Below, in pieces: positions 49,955 to 63,325 of a stretch of 64,000 nucleotides of DNA. The DNA is from Felis catus (lineage: Eukaryota): positions 204,974,001-205,038,000 of the forward strand of contig NC_058368.1 of NCBI RefSeq assembly GCF_018350175.1, in the 5' to 3' direction. A program made the translations under genes and the position numbers. Within the stretch, counting starts at the first letter, position 1. Every line of letters starts with the position of its first letter. The notes below the pieces were generated by a model that was not told the DNA's origin, did no database searches, and saw only the letters and a program-made list of their open reading frames with translations.

Positions 49955-51099
49955 AAGCCTCTATTTTTGTTTTATTTTTCCTTCCCTTCCCCTATGTTCA
50001 TCTGTCTGAATTACACCTTCAAGCACATCTTTGTAATTAAAATAAAGATGGAATTTGATAAATTCATTAGCCTTTATTTTTTTAGTAGAGGGTATCAATA
50101 CAGTTATGTTAGGATTATGTATTTCTGTGTTAATGCTTTTTAGAGGTTATTTTTTACTCTGATATTTTATGGTTTTCTTTTTTCCTTTTGTTCAATAGAT
50201 TTTTTTAAAGATAAACATGACTTAGAGTTATCATTTTTATTGGAAAAATTATATCTGTTTTTCTGTAATTATGAATGTCAAGAATGGAATGGTTTCTATT
50301 GACACACCTGTAAAATAATTTTGTTCTTTTCTTCCTCTCTCAATTTACCAGTTTTATTAACATAATCTATTTTTTAAATTGGGAGTCTATTTTATAAGAT
50401 TCTTATGTTTTACAATTTTATTTTTAACATTTGCATTGGATTTTCTAAATATTTAAAAGTAACTAAAATTTAAAATGTCTCTAGCTTTCTAGTTTCATTG
50501 CCTACTTACAGTTCATTTTATTTTCCTCATTCTTGAGTTCTTCACTTAGTTTTATCTCTTAGATAGCTCTAGTAAATCTCTGAGTAATATTTGAAGGGAT
50601 GGTATCTTGAGAGTATATTTTCAAAGCCCTGACGTTTCTATTCTTTGATGAGTGTTTTTGATTAGTAGACTCAGATCTTTCTTCAATTCAGGAAAGATTT
50701 TATTTTCCTACTTTTTATTTGATCAAAGCCTTTGCACAGTATGCCTTATGCTTTTCTTCTTGAATTCCTATTAAACTCACATTGTTCTATCTTCAATCTA
50801 TATACAGAGCAGTCTCCATTTGCCCCATAGATTCATTTTTGTCCCTCAGCCCCTCTTGTCCTGCTACATTTCGCAGAAGGCTATCCTCTATTGACTATAT
50901 CATCTAGCTTCTTTTGCCCTCTAGTTCTGGTTGTCAAAAGAAACCAGCAAGGGATCAGAAGGATGAGAGGTGAGGTTGAGGTAATTATTCACCTGCTGTC
51001 TTCCATCGGCCTTGGTTGGGACAGAGGCTGCATTCCTCAACCAAATGTCATAGCTCCTGTTGGATAGCATCTCTCTTATGGCTGATAGAAAAGAAAGAT

Positions 51100-52350
51100 A
51101 ATAAACAATGGGGTGTTGTGGTAGAGAATACCCTCAGGACTCTACTTAGGAGAGCATGGGCAAGGAAACCTTCCCTCTGGAGGTAACACTTATGCAAAAA
51201 GATGAGCAAGACTGGTCATATGAAGGCTGGAGAAAGAATGGCCCAAGCAGAAGAAAATGTAAAGCAAAAAGCTTTGGCCATTCTAGGAATGAAAAAAGTC
51301 CAGTGTCACTAGAGCATAGTGAGAAAAAACAGCCATGGCATGAGATGAAGAAGACAAGGATTTAAAGTGCAGTGGAAAGCCATTTGAAGTCTTGTCAGCA
51401 GAGAGAGATGTTTTGGTTTGTTGTTGTTGTTGTTGTTGTTGTTTTTAATTTTGAGAGAGAGAGGAAAAAAGTATGAATGGGGGAGGGGCAGAGAGAGAGA
51501 AAATCCCAAGCAGGCTCTGCTGTCAGCACAGAACCTGACATTGGACTCAATCCCTGAGCCATGAGATCGTGACCTGAGCTGAAATCAAGAGTCGGACACT
51601 TAACCTACTGAGCCACCCAGGTGCCCTGACAGATGTATGTTCTCAAAGGACTGCTTTGAATGCTCTATGGAGGGCAAATAGGTTGTAGAAAGGCAAAAGT
51701 GAAAATAGTCCAGTTAGTTGGCTATCTCAGGAGTCCAAGTGAGAGATGTGGCTGGACTAAGGTGATGGCAACAGATTGCTCCTGAAAAGATTTGTTGATT
51801 TACTGGATGTTTTGCTAAAGGAAGAAAATAATTCCACAGTCTTTTGCTTGAAAACAATGGGACAATTTGTAGTGATAGGAAAGACAGTAGAGAAACAGTC
51901 ATGAGACAGCCAATAAGCCATTGGAGATGTTAAGAGGGAGTTTTTCATATGAGACAGAATCTCAGAGGAGAAGTCTGTTCTGGAATTAGAATTTCAGCAT
52001 TGTTAGCACATAGACAGTATTTACATCAAGGGAAGAGCTGGAGAAAGGATGTATAGATAGAGGAGGGAAAGTGGCTCCATTTGGATCCCTGAAGAACTTC
52101 AGCACTGAGACATTGGATGGAGGAGTTGACCGCGAAGGAGATGTAGAAGAAATAGTTGGTATGATAAGAAAAAAAAAAAACCCAAAGAGCATGATGTGAA
52201 AAAGAGCATGATGTGTAAAAACTGTGTTAGTGGAGAGGTTGGGACAGAAGCCAGATAACATAGGTGGAGGCATGAATATTTGATGAAGAACTGGAGAAAA
52301 TGAATGTAAGCAATTCTTTGAGATATTGTGCTATGAAAAGCAGGGAAAAA
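51100..52350 (-). mobile_element. Fragmented L2 (interrupted by a SINE)
   Basis: GGAAAGCCATTTGAAG; AGTCCAAGTGAGAGATG; GCAATTCTTTGAGATATTGTGCTATGAA. Confidence 0.55.
51411..51626 (-). mobile_element. Can-SINE with (TTG)n-converted tail
   Basis: Ends GAGCCACCCAGGTGCCC; (TTG)n at 51418-51441. Confidence 0.92.
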
Positions 52351-52502
52351 ATAGTGTGGAAACGGGAATAGCAAGTTTTGTGGTAAGATGAGCACTCTTA
52401 TTTAATTATTGTTAGTTTTTAATCCGAGAAACTAAACTGTGTGTTTAGGTTTATGGGAATATGCCTAGATGATATAGGTAGAGGGACTGAGAGATTGATC
52501 TT

Positions 52503-52732
52503 GAAAAAATAATTTTTTTAATCTTTATTTATTTTTGAGAGACAGAGAGAGACAGAGCACAAGTGATTGGGGGGGGGAGGTGGAGAGAAAGAGGGAGACA
52601 CAGAATCTGAAGTAGGCTCCAGGCTCCAAGCTGTCAGTGTTGAGCCTGATGCGGGGCTTGAACCCATGAACCATGAGATCATAACCTGAGCTGAAGTTGA
52701 ATGCTTAACTGACTGAGCCACCCAGGCACCCC
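52503..52732 (-). mobile_element. Can-SINE
   Basis: TSD AGAGATTGATCTT at 52490-52502 and 52733-52745. Confidence 0.94.
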
Positions 52733-53648
52733 AGAGATTGATCTTTGAAGAGGGTAAGGACATGTCCTCTTATAAAAAAAAGGGAAGAAAGAAAAGATGG
52801 TAGTGAGTACTGCATAATGTATAGAATTGTTCAATCACTATGTTTTACACCTGGAGCCAATACAACTTCGTATGTCAATTTTTTTAATAATAAAAAAACC
52901 TTAAAAATATAAACAAAGTTAAACTCTAATGTTTAGGAATGCACAGCCTGGAAATAAAAACAATTAAGAAAGTAGTTACAATAAGAGTTAGAATAGTGGT
53001 TGTCTTGGGGGAAGAGATAACAATGGGGGGAGCAGAGGGGGATTTTTGGGTGCTGGTGATGTCCTATTTCTCACATGGATGGTGGCTGTCGAGGTATATA
53101 CTTTGTGACAAATCATTGAGCTACATTTTTCATTTTGTGTATATTTCTGTATGTGTGTTATTATATAACTAAAAAGGTAAACACTAGCTTCTCAGTTAAA
53201 ATTTTGAGCATAAAAGATCATTTCAGGTTGTAATGAGTAATTTTTAAAGAGGATGATTCTTTGCATTATTTTTCGTAAACATACATATCTATACCAGTCC
53301 AAAAAAAAAGAGGCAGGTTTGTATGTTTGCTGGTGTAAGGAATTCCCAAACTGATGGCCTCTATATTCTTAATAAAGATGAGGTAAGATTATTCTCTAAG
53401 TGTAAGATGTCCAACTTTTAAAAAATAAAAAATAATATTTTAATCTCATTTTTAACCACAATTACTTGCTAATGGGATATGCATATTCTTGGCCACAACC
53501 TCTCAAACTTTGGAATCCTATTAGATACCGCCGCCTTCATTTCCTGCTCTGCATTGATTCTAGCATGGTCCTTGCTTATGTAGAATGTCTTAAGTGAAGG
53601 TGTGAAATGGTCAACTCAACTAGTGGGAAACCGCATTTACTTGGAAAA

Positions 53649-53824
53649 TGTAGTTGAATTGTTGGGAAATGTTGAATGACAAAGTAAAGTTTTTCAATCA
53701 TCAATTTAAAGTACAATCACTTATACAATTGTAAACTACAATTGTAGTTGAATTGTTGGGAAATGTTGAATGACAAAGTAAAGTTTTTCAATCATCGATT
53801 TAAAGTACAATCACTTATACAATT
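53649..53824. repeat. 82-bp direct tandem duplication with 12-bp spacer
   Basis: 53649-53730 and 53743-53824 differ at one base; spacer GTAAACTACAAT. Confidence 0.95.
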
Positions 53825-54577
53825 TTATTTTTCCTAGTTCCTTGGGTGTTGACAGATTAAAAATAAACATCTAGGTTGATCCAAGTTTGGGGTTTGGAAT
53901 ATACAGCATTCATCTAATCTGCTTTTTATTATCTCCATTGCAAATTTAAATTCTAGGATCATACATTACTTTGCATGAAATCTTTCTTAGTCTCACAGTA
54001 TAATCACTCATGACTTATTCTTCGTCCATGAACTTAATGTTGGATTGAACCTTCATACAACATAATTCAGAACACACTATACTTTTATTCTTTGTGGCAA
54101 GCTTATCTTATGGGGAATGCTGATCATCGGCTGATTTCTCAGGAGAAAAAACCTCTTTTGAATGCATATGTTATTTCATATGTCCAGGGAGGTGGTTTTT
54201 TTTTTGTTTGTTTGTTTTCTTTTCTTTTTGTTTGTTTTAATTCTTTCCTCATCCTTATAAGGGAAAATCTATGATTGGCAGGATTGGGAATTAAAATAGA
54301 TTCTTTCAGGTACCATGTGAATTTCTGCTCATTTTTTAAAGATCAGAGAAAGAGAGAAGAGAGAAGTTGGAGATTATGGCAGCTAACTCTCTTAGTTCAG
54401 AAATCCAGAAATATGGAGGGTGTGAGAAGAAAGAGACAGGGCTAGACAGAGTGGTGACAGGAATCCTTACCTATGTAAGGAATTATTTTTCTGTCACCAT
54501 TACTGTGGTGCCAGGGGGAAGCCAAAGCAAGATCTCCACTCTTTGCCTGGGGGTTCCTTTATTAAGAGCCCAGTGCA

Positions 54578-54796
54578 GGGGCACCTGGGTGGCTCAGTCA
54601 GTAAAGTGTCCGACTTCAGCTCAGGTCATGATCTCACAGTTCGTGGGTTGAGCCCCACATCAGGCTCTGTGCTAACAGCTCGAAGCCTGGAACCTGCTTC
54701 ATATTCTGTCTCTCCCTCTCTCTCTGCCCCTCCTTTGCTTGCACTCTGTCTCTCTCTCTCAAAAAATAAATAAACATTAAAAAATTAAGAAAAAAA
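54578..54796 (+). mobile_element. Can-SINE
   Basis: GGGGCACCTGGGTGGCTCAGTCAG head; partial TSD AAGAGCCCA. Confidence 0.93.
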
Positions 54797-55229
54797 AAGA
54801 GCCCAAAGCCATACTCTCCATCAGTCTGGTGGTTCAGAGAAAGGGTAAGCTTGCCATCAGCATCATGGGTGTCTTACATACTATGGTCCTGAAACCTATT
54901 ACACTTCCTGAGACCATGGTGTATGGTCTTTCTGGGCTTACTTTGCTTCCCTCCACTCTTCACTCTTTGATTTAGACTCATAGCAGATTTCTACCAAGTT
55001 TTCTGTTGTTCCCTTCCCAAATAAGCTGCCGGGTAGATTCTTTTAATCTGTTCACATATACACAGTATCTGGATAAATCCTTCCAATATTCGGATTTGGG
55101 AATATCACTGCTTACCAATTCCCTGGGCTGAGTGGGCTTTTCCTTTATTATTATATGAGATGGCCATTTGAATGGGAATCTGGATAAGAGGGAACATAGT
55201 GAATCTCTGTTGTTCCAGAGACCCTGCAT

Positions 55230-55648
55230 CCAGGCACCTTTTTGTTGTAAACATAAATCACCTTTCCTTTGGGGAGCTAATCTGCAAAAATATCAGTCCC
55301 TGTGCTTAAAGATCAGAGAATGAGACAGATAAAGCCTTTTGCTGCACTTTCTGGGAAGAGGTCCTTGTTCTCTCCCATGGGGTCTGCGCCTGAGAGAATG
55401 TGGTGCTAGATATGCTGCATCAGTGCTGTTTGCAATTGTGAGGGGAGAGGCTGTGTAAGAGTGGATTTGCCATAGTCAGTGGCAAAGCCTCAAACCAGAG
55501 GCCTGGCACTATCATCTGAGCCCTGGAGTGTAAAAAGTGTATCCCTTACACTTTTCAGATACGTGAGCCAATTAATATGTTTTCTGACCAAAGACAATTT
55601 GAATTGGGTTTCCTTTCATTTGCAGCTGCAAGATTCCTAATTGATAAA
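55230..55648 (+). mobile_element. MLT1-type LTR remnant
   Basis: ACTTTTCAGATACGTGAGCCAATTAAT...TTTGAATTGGGTTTCCTTTCATTTGCAGC...TCCTAATTGATA 3' end. Confidence 0.55.
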
Positions 55649-55703
55649 CACAGAGGTGAGAAGCTAAGCTCAAGATATCATCTTATCTAGAAACCTTTCC
55701 TTT

Positions 55704-58700
55704 GATAGATCACATACTGGGTCACAAAACAGCCCTTCATAAGTATACAAGAATTGAAATCATACCATGCATACTTTCAGACCACAATGCTATGAGGCTT
55801 GAAATCAACCACAGGAAAAAGTCTGGAAAACCTCCAAAAGCATGGAGGTTAAAGAACACCCTACTAAAGAATGAATGGGTCAACCAGGCAATTAGAGAAG
55901 AAATTAAAAAATATATGGAAACAAATGAAAATGAAAATACAACAATCCAAACGCTTTGGGATGCAGCAAAGGCAGTCCTGAGAGGAAAATACATTGCAAT
56001 CCAGGCCTATCTCAAGAAACAAGAAAAATCCCAAATACAAAATCTAACAGCACACCTAAAGGAAATAGAAGCAGAACATCAAAGACAGCCTAAACCCAGC
56101 AGAAGAAGAGAAATAATAAAGATCAGAGCAGAAATAAACAATATAGAATCTAAAAAAACTGTAGAGCAGATCAACGAAACCAAGAGTTGGTTTTTTGAAA
56201 AAATAAACAAAATTGACAAACCTCTAGCCAGGCTTCTCAAAAAGAAAAGGGAGATGACCCAAATAGATAAAATCATGAATGAAAATGGAATTATTACAAC
56301 CAATCCCTCAGACATACAAGCAATTATCAGGGAATACTATGAAAAATTATATGCCAACAAACTGGACAACCTGGAAGAAATGGACAAATTCCTAAACACC
56401 CACACGCTTCCAAAACTCAATCAGGAGGAAATAGAAAGCTTGAACAGACCCATAACCAGTGAAGAAATTGAATCAGTCATCAAAAATCTCCCAACAAATA
56501 AGAGTCCAGGACCAGATGGCTTCCCAGGGGAGTTCTACCAGACGTTTAAAGCAGAGATAATACCTATCCTTCTCAAGCTATTCCAAGAAATAGAAAGGGA
56601 AGGAAAACTTCCAGACTCATTCTATGAAGCCAGTATTACTTTGATTCCTAAACCAGACAGAGACCCAGTAAAAAAAGAGAACTACAGGCCAATATCCCTG
56701 ATGAATATGGATGCAAAAATTCTCAATAAGATACTAGCAAATCGAATTCAACAGCATATAAAAAGAATTATTCACCATGATCAAGTGGGATTCATTCCTG
56801 GGAAGCAGGGCTGGTTCAACATTCGCAAATCAATCAATGTGATACATCACATTAATAAAAGAAAAGATAAGAACCATATGATCCTGTCAATCGATACAGA
56901 AAAGGCCTTTGACAAAATTCAGCAACCTTTCTTAATAAAAACCCTTGAGAAAGTCGGGATAGAAGGAACATACTTAAAGATCATAAAAGCCATTTATGAA
57001 AAGCCCACAACTAACATCATCCTCCATGAGGAAAAACTGAGACTTTTTCCCTGAGATCAGGAACATGACAGGGATGTCCACTCTCACTGCTGTTGTTTAA
57101 CATAGTGTTGGAAGTTCTAGCATCAGCAATCAGACAACAAAAGGAAATCAAAGGCATCAAAATTGGCAAAGATGAAGTTAAACTTTCACTTTTTGCAGAT
57201 GACATGATATTATACGTGGAAAATCCGATAGACTCCACCAGAAGTCTGCTAGAACTGATACATGAATTTAGCAAAGTTGCAGGATACAAAATCAATGTAC
57301 AGATATCAGTTGCATTCTTATACACTAATAATGAAGCAACAGAAAGACAAATAAAGAAATTGATCCCATTCACAATTGCACCTAGAAGCATAAAATACCT
57401 AGGAATAAATCTAACCAAAGATGTAAAGGATCTGTATGCTGAAAACTATAGAAAGCTTATGAAGGAAATTGAAGAAGATATAAAGAAATGGAAAAACATT
57501 CCATGCTCATGGATTGGAAGAATAAATATTGTCAAAAATGTCAATACTACCCAAAGCTATCTACACATTCAATGCAATCCCAATCAAAATTGCACCAGCA
57601 TTCTTCTCGAAACTAGAACAAGCAATCCTAAAATTTGTATGGAACCACAAAAGACCCCGAATAGCCAAAGTAATATTGAAGAAGAAGACCAAAGCGGGAG
57701 GCATCACAATCCCAGACTTTAGCCTCTACTACAAAGCTGTAATCATCAAGACAGCATGGTATTGGCACAAAAACAGACACATAGACCAATGGAATAGAAT
57801 AGAAACCCCAGAACTAGACCCACAAATGTATGGCCAACTCATCTTTGACAAAGCAGGAAAGAACATCCAATGGAAAAAAGACAGCCTCTTTAACAAATGG
57901 TGTTGGGAGAACTGGACAGCAACATGCAGAAGAATGAAACTAGACCACTTTCTCACACCATTCACAAAAACAAACTCAAAATGGATAAAGGACCTGAATG
58001 TGAGACAGGAAACTATCAAAACCCTAGAGGAGAAAGCAGGAAAAGACCTCTCTGACCTCAGCCGTAGCAATTTCTTACTTGACACATCCCCAAAGGCAAG
58101 GGAATTAAAAGCAAAAATGAACTACTGGGACTTTATGAAGATAAAAAGCTTCTGCACAGCAAAGGAAACAACGAACAAAACTAAAAGGCAACCGACAGAA
58201 TGGGGGAAGATATTTGCAAATGACATATCAGACAAAGGGCTAGTATCCAAAGTCTATAAAGAGCTCATCAAACTCCACACCCGAAAAACAAATAACCCAG
58301 TGAAGAAATAGGCAGAAAACATGAATAGACACTTCTCTAAAGAAGACATCCAGATGGCCAACAGGCACATGAAAAGATGCTCAACGTCGCTCCTCATCAG
58401 GGAAACACAAATCAAAACCACACTCAGATATCACCTCATGCCAGTCAGAATGGCCAAAATGAACAAATCAGGAGACTATAGATGCTGGAGAAGATGTGGA
58501 GAAACAGGAACCCTCTTGCACTGTTGGTGGGAATGCAAACTGGTGCAGCCGCTCTGGAAAGCAGTGTGGAGGTTCCTCAGAAAATTAAAAATAGACCTAC
58601 CCTATGACCCAGCAATAGCACTGCTAAGAATTTACCCAAGGGATATAGGAGTACTGATGCATAGGGGCACTTGTACCACAATGATTATAGCAGCACTCTC

Positions 58701-58923
58701 AACAATAGCCAAATTATGGAAAGAGCCTAAATGTCCATCAACTGATGAATGGATAAAGAAATTGTGGTTTATATACACAATGGAGTACTACGTGGCAATG
58801 AGAAAGAATGAAATATGGCCTTTTGTAGCAACGTGGATGGAACTGGAGAGTGTGATGCTAAGTGAAATAAGCCATACAGAGAAAGACAGATACCATATGG
58901 TTTCACTCTTATGTGGATCCTGA
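55704..58923 (+). pseudogene. Disrupted L1 ORF2 (endonuclease C-terminus, reverse transcriptase, CCHC domain)
   Basis: [59 protein letters not shown]; frameshifts near 57045 and 57535, stops at 57066-57068 and 58309-58311. Confidence 0.96.
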
Positions 58924-59157
58924 GAAACTTAACAGAAACCCATGGGGGAGGGGAAGGAAAAAAAAAAAAGAGGTTAGGGTGGGAGAGAGCCAAAGCATAA
59001 GAGACTCTTAAAAAACTGAGAACAAACTGAGGGTTGATGGGGGGTGGGAGGGAAGGGAAGGGTGGGTGATGGGTGTTGAGGAGGGCACCTTTTGGGATGA
59101 GCACTGGGTGTTGTATGGAAACCAATTTGACAATAAAGTTCATATATTGAAAAAAAA
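55704..59157 (+). mobile_element. 5'-truncated feline L1, 3.45 kb, with perfect 15-bp TSD
   Basis: ORF2 homology throughout, G-rich 3' UTR, AATAAA 59132-59137, short A tail; TSD AGAAACCTTTCCTTT at 55689-55703 and 59158-59172. Confidence 0.98.
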
Positions 59158-59659
59158 AGAAACCTTTCCTTTTATTTTGTTTGTATAAACTCATTTAATA
59201 TTTTTAATGGATTCCATTTAACAATTTAGCTTTATGCACTGAAGTCAATTCTAAAATAATTGATTTAAAGTCAAATGAATGTAATTTTGAATTTCATTTT
59301 TGTATATCAAATTGAAAAGCATGACAGCTGAATGCTATTACTCCTGTTAGAATTTTAGTCAAATATCATTTAATAAGTAAATCAAAAAGTTTTGTCAATA
59401 AACATATTCTAAAGCCCATCTGCCCATTTATTTGTCTGCAACCTTTCGGTTTGCTATAAATTTGAGTAGCCCAGAATGAGACAAACTGCATCTAAAATAT
59501 TCCTACCCATTCTCTTCTGCAAAGTGCCCATGCGGTGCACTTGTTTCAGGATAACTCAGGGTGTAGAAAGAGTATTTGCTTAAAGTTTGGAAACAGTCAA
59601 GAATTAGATATGTAATCTTGGACACATCGAAGAATAAAATTACATTTCTATGCATGCAA

Positions 59660-60415
59660 ATATATAAAAATAAGTCTCATGTGGACCAAAAAATAACTAA
59701 ATATGAAAAACAAAATTTTAATCTGCCATTAGAAGAAAATATGGCTGCAAATCTTTATGTGTTGGATGGAGAAGAGCTTTTTAAACAGGGTCCAAAAAAC
59801 ACAAGTCAAAAAAGTAAAGTTTGGCTATATCACCAGTTAATCTTTCTATATAATTAATGGTCCCACAAACAAAGTGAAAAGATGATAATGAAACTTATAG
59901 GAAAATATATTTTCAATGTATGCAACAGATAATGCATATTATGATAATGTATCTAGAGTATATTGAAACAAATTTTAAAAATCGAGAAAGAAAAAGACTA
60001 CTAAAAGAAAAATGGGGGAAAGACAAGAACAGGCAATTTACAGAAGAAAAAAGAGAATCAATAAACACATAGAAAGGTGTTCAACTTCATTAGTAATCAG
60101 AGAAATACAAAGTAAAAGAAAAAAGGGATTTTATTGTTTACCTATCATCTCTCTTAAATATTTTTAAATGGGAAAGATCAAGACTGGCAAAGCATGTAAA
60201 TTTTAATTAAATGCTACAGAGAGCTTAAGTTACTATAGCCACATGGAAGAATGCACTGAAAATTTTATAAACTATAAAAAGCATATGACTTGTGGCCCAG
60301 TAATCCTGCTACTATTTATATAAATCCTAGAGCAATTATTATGCTACACACACACACATAAACACACATATATTAATTTCAGAATTTTTTATAGCAATGA
60401 AAATTTTAAAACAAT
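59660..60415 (+). mobile_element. Very old L1M ORF2 fragment
   Basis: GAACAGGCAATTTACAGAAG...AAAGGTGTTCAACTTCATTAGTAATCAGAGAAATACAAA. Confidence 0.6.
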
Positions 60416-60420
60416 ATATC

Positions 60421-60881
60421 TTTGGTGGCCATAAAAATCTCCAGCCTGCCCTCTGACTCCATCATTGCCTTTAAGCTAAGATCAGACTTCCCACAGGCTG
60501 CTCTTAGCCAATGATTGAGCACAATGAAGATAGTAAGTCAGTCCCTTTCTATAGGACATATCTGCAAGTGACACTGAAATAAACCTTGCTGAAACACTCT
60601 TAGAACTACAGCACATCTGGTTTTCCTTTCTTCTTTCCTTCCTTCCTTCCTTCCTTCCTTCCTTCCTTCCTTCCTTCCTTCCTTCCTTCCTTCCTTTCCT
60701 TCCTTCCTTCCTTCCTTCCTTCTCTGCCTCACAGGAGCCGGACCTGCATCCCAGTCTGATGGCTCTCCCAGATTCCTATAGCTACCTATACATTGTCCCT
60801 TATAGGTAATTTCTCCAATAAATTTGTTGTATAACTAATCCCATGTTGGTATATGCTTCTTGGGACTCCTCAACTAGCTCA
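60421..60881 (+). mobile_element. ERVL-class (LTR16-like) 5' LTR containing a (TTCC)n expansion
   Basis: CCAAT motif, CCAATAAAT poly(A) signal, similarity to the LTR at 39014-39464; directly followed by ERV internal sequence. Confidence 0.65.
60625..60722. repeat. (TTCC)n polypyrimidine microsatellite
   Basis: Directly visible. Confidence 0.95.
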
Positions 60882-63325
60882 AAGGATGCCAGAAATGGTT
60901 CAACAACACAGGTGGTAAAATGACATGGATATTGCTACTGGTCCAACTGCTACAAATTTCACTGAAGGTTACCTGGGAAAATCTCATAGTGGAGGTGGGG
61001 CGGGGGAATCCCTTTATGGGTGAATTGATTCATAAATTTAAAAGATGGTGGTGGTAATGCAAATGCTTACAAAGACAGCAGAGTTGGCTGTCTACCGCTA
61101 AATTGTACTGATGTCTTTCCGAGTAATAATGAGAAACTTAGATCCATCAGTAAGAAGTTATAGGTTAAGTGTGAAGACCAGAGGTCCTCACTAGTAACTA
61201 ACAGAGGCCCATATCTCCTATAGTGGGATTTATGACACAGTTAAGCAGCAAACAGTTGGTAGTTAGAGTTACAGAATTATAGAGATGTTTGAATGCTCAG
61301 CTAAGGCAGAACTCTTACACTAACAGACCCAAGTTGGGAAAACCTAGGATCTTGAAATATTGGATACAAATATCTGGGTGGATGCCCTTGAGGATGCTGG
61401 CTCTGAACCCTCAGAGCCTACAGAGGTACCACACCCTGCCCTGTGAGACAGAATACTGCAGAGGTCCCTCTCCCACAAGGCAATAGGTGCCCACCCCTTG
61501 GAGTTATCTGCATCTCCTCTCCTGGCTGCTAGACCAATAACTAGCAAGGCCTTGCCAGGGAAGTGTTAATTCTATAAAAGAGAGAGACAGAGAGAGAGAA
61601 ATGTTATACATAAAAGGAGATACAAGAATTAGCTAGGTTGTATTGGCAGGAGCCATTAGAGCACCTTTGGGATTGGATTTTGAGGGTGCATGATCAAGGA
61701 GGCCAGCATGTAAGACAAAGCAAGAATTTATTGGGTCAGGGTCAATTTATCAATACATGGGATTTATCAATTTGCCAAGGCTTCAGGGGATGGGGCAAAC
61801 TCACTGTCAGGGTGGCTCTCAGAGGTCCGGAAGACACTATAGCCAATGCTGGGTGAAGCGGAAATGCCCCATCTGCGCTGGCAGACAATAAAGGAAGGGA
61901 TTAAGAGGCTGCTGAAAAGTAGGCATACCAGAATGGATATATTATTATATGAGACCAGAAAAGCCAACAGAGGATTGTGTTCTACCAGAGCCCAGAAGAC
62001 ACACAACTCACTAAGGCCATTACTGAGGACACCAGTCAGCAATATCCAAAAATGTGGTAGTAGCTCTCCTTTGTCGACCAATGTTAATAGTAAGGAAGTG
62101 GCCAAAGAGTTAGGTTCATTAATATCATGGGGACATGGGTCCTGAAATGATAAAAGCCATTGGCAATGCTTAACTGATAGGAGCCAGGCAGCTGAAATTA
62201 CCATAACGCCTGGCAAGGTTATAAAGGTAGCAAGAGGGCTTAACTGGCAAGGAATTGCAGAAAAGGTAAATAGAGCATGACATCCCCAGAGGCATATTTG
62301 AGGGCAGCCAATAAGGATGCTGTTTACCATCTGCAACCAAAAAAAAAAAAAAAAAAAGGTAGTTCTAGAATTCTGGCTAAAGTGCAACTCCTAGTGGACC
62401 CACTCTAATTATTTGCCCAGTCCCTGAATGTATAATTGCAATTGTTACACTTGGCACTGAAGTTACATGCCCCTCCAACACACACACAAACTGGTCCTTT
62501 GCCTCTGCAGTAAAAGTTATCTTAAGGGAGAAGGTCAGGTGGAAAACTCTGAAACTACCCCCCACCCTGGCTAAGAGAGTAAATCAAAAGCAATATGACA
62601 GTTGGGTGAGATGGCAGAAATGAGTGTGTCCATTACAAATCTAAAAGATTGCAGGGGTAGTATTCCCTATCATATTTCTGCTCGGTGTGACAGTCTGGCC
62701 TTAGCAGAAACTGTATGGATCCTGGAAAATGACTGAGGACTAGTGCAACTTAACCAAGTAGTAGCCTCAACGCAGTGAGAGTGATTGGGTGGCCAAGGAG
62801 GGTATTGCCATTAGAAGAACAGATTAATAATGCCTCAGGTACATGGTATGCAATCATTCATCTGGAGAATATATCCTTTTCACTCTGAATCAGGAGAGAG
62901 GATCAGAAACTGTTTGCATTCATGTGGGACAGCAATATTCATTTACAGTTTTGCCTCAGGACTCTCTGAACTCTTCTGCTCTGTGCCATGATATGGTCCA
63001 AATAGCCTGGGCATTCCACAGAACATCACACAGATATATTACATAAATGACATCATACTAATTGGGAAAAACAAACAAGAGTTAACTAATATGCTGGAAG
63101 CCTTGGAAAGATACACATGTTGCAGAGGGTGGAAGATAAACCTTATGAAGATTCAAGTACCTGCCATTCAGTGATGATCTTAAGGATCCATGATCAGGGG
63201 CATGCCATGATACGTCATACAAAGTAAAAGCCAGGATTCTGCACCTCTCCTATTCCCCCATACCCACCCTCTGCTCCAACAAGAAGAAAACATAAAGCTT
63301 GATGGGTCTCTCTTGGTTCTGGGCT
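60882..63325 (+). mobile_element. Degenerate class III (ERVL-type) provirus internal region: gag, protease and RT remnants
   Basis: Gag-like YWQEPLEHLWDWILRVHDQGG; PVPECII; VNQKQY; EQINNASGTWYA; GQQYSFTVLPQ..NSSALCH; YIND (decayed YIDD) at 63040-63051; many stops and frameshifts. Confidence 0.85.

Larger units (their letters stand above)
49380..50005 (-). mobile_element. Carnivore L1 3' fragment hosting two SINEs
   Basis: TTAGTGATTCATCACTTACATACACC...AATGCCCATCACCCATTT...CAGTTTGTTCTCTATAGTTAAG...TTCCCTTCCCCTATGTTCATCTG. Confidence 0.8.

Noticed and set aside
6281..54796. tRNA genes suggested by A/B-box-like heads
   Set aside because: All are heads of Can-SINEs followed by (CT)n and A tails
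39014..60881. The two similar same-strand LTRs as ends of one 21-kb provirus
   Set aside because: No retroviral internal sequence lies between them; the internal region follows the 60.4-kb LTR
61767..62387. 206-aa minus-strand ORF
   Set aside because: Antisense to decayed ERV gag and spans a poly-A run; no recognisable protein
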